DNA of 20,000 nucleotides from Perkinsus olseni (Eukaryota): NCBI GenBank assembly GCA_013115125.1, contig JABANN010000084.1, positions 57,485 to 77,484 of the forward strand, read 5' to 3'. Shown piece by piece: positions 19,266 to 20,000 of this stretch (position 1 is its first letter; each line of letters starts with the position of its first letter). The notes under the pieces were generated by a model. It saw only the letters and a program-made list of their open reading frames with translations, ran no database searches and was not told where the DNA came from. The position numbers and the translations under genes were made by a program.

Positions 19266-19850
19266 TCACAGTCCTGGCATCCACGAGCCAATGCCGAAGC
19301 TCTTTCATCAGCGGCGAGTCATCACACTCGTACCGAATTTTAGTGAACACCGCAGCCGAAACAATGCCAGCTGGATGGTTCGAGCCCTCCTGGGTTTCGA
19401 ACCCAAAGCCCAGCGAGGTTGCAACACTCGCATACCCGAAAGACCAGGAGTTTCGAGCACCCTCAATGTTCTTCAGTGCATCGCGACTATCGGAATAAGT
19501 AGTGGGAAGGCTGTTGGCGTCGTGCGGGCGTTCACGTCAAATCCGTTTGGCTCATGCTCACTTCATGTGGATAGAAGTTGACGCGGTCCCTTCGAGCAGA
19601 CTATCGTGTTCGAGGCGCTCACGAAGATAGATGACTTCGTCGGCTTCCTTCTGCCTCTTCACAACCGTCAACTCATGCAACCTGCGAGTCGGAGGGGCAG
19701 CGTTCCTCGCCGAGTTTCTGATGTTGGCTGCTTGGGGCTGTGGCTTGCGCTTTTTTTATGAGGCTCCTTCAGTTGATATCGTGTCAGAGGCTGGGTTCGA
19801 ATGTAATATGTTGAATTATCTCTTCCATCGAATTTGGACCAGTAGCAGAC
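19266..19850 (-). CDS. Possible 3' exons of a convergent minus-strand gene of unknown function
   Basis: On the minus strand, exon-like blocks with GT/AG flanks read LHELTVVKRQKEADEVIYLRERLEHDSLLEGTASTSIHM|RDALKNIEGARNSWSF|RARTIQLALFRLRCSLKF|GL*. The upstream connection is unresolved. Confidence 0.4.
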
Positions 19851-20000
19851 TTCTCTAACAACTAAGCGGGGCGCTCAGCTAAAACAATCTGAGTGTTTAA
19901 TGCGAGCTCACTGTCGAAATTTGAACTTGCAAACCTAGGCCCGATCGCAGCTTCCCACCCAAAACTCGTCAACTCGACTCGTCCCGCCCTGCCGATCAAA

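Overview
This is eukaryotic, intron-dense genomic DNA, with mostly 40-60 nt GT-AG introns. The style resembles a Perkinsus-like alveolate, which is an inference. The supplied ORF track is largely uninformative, so gene models were built by hand-splicing. On the + strand there are two paralogous PHO80/cyclin-P(U)-type cyclin genes (39-1714 and ~4034-5668) and a multi-exon coiled-coil gene (~7061-9650). Next comes a SUV39/SETDB1-type histone H3K9 methyltransferase gene (~9797-15068), followed by tRNA-Ser(GCU) (15503-15584) and a choline-transporter-like SLC44/CTL gene (~16236-19216). A possible convergent minus-strand gene ends at the right edge. The most striking item is the methyltransferase architecture: an ADD (ATRX-DNMT3-DNMT3L) zinc finger, a Tudor/Agenet-like domain, a split pre-SET, an interrupted SET and a post-SET, possibly also spliced in frame to the upstream coiled-coil. 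Other oddities are a triplicated in-frame splice acceptor in cyclin 1, a probable integrase relic in a 1.2 kb intron, and chains of overlapping palindromes in oversized introns.
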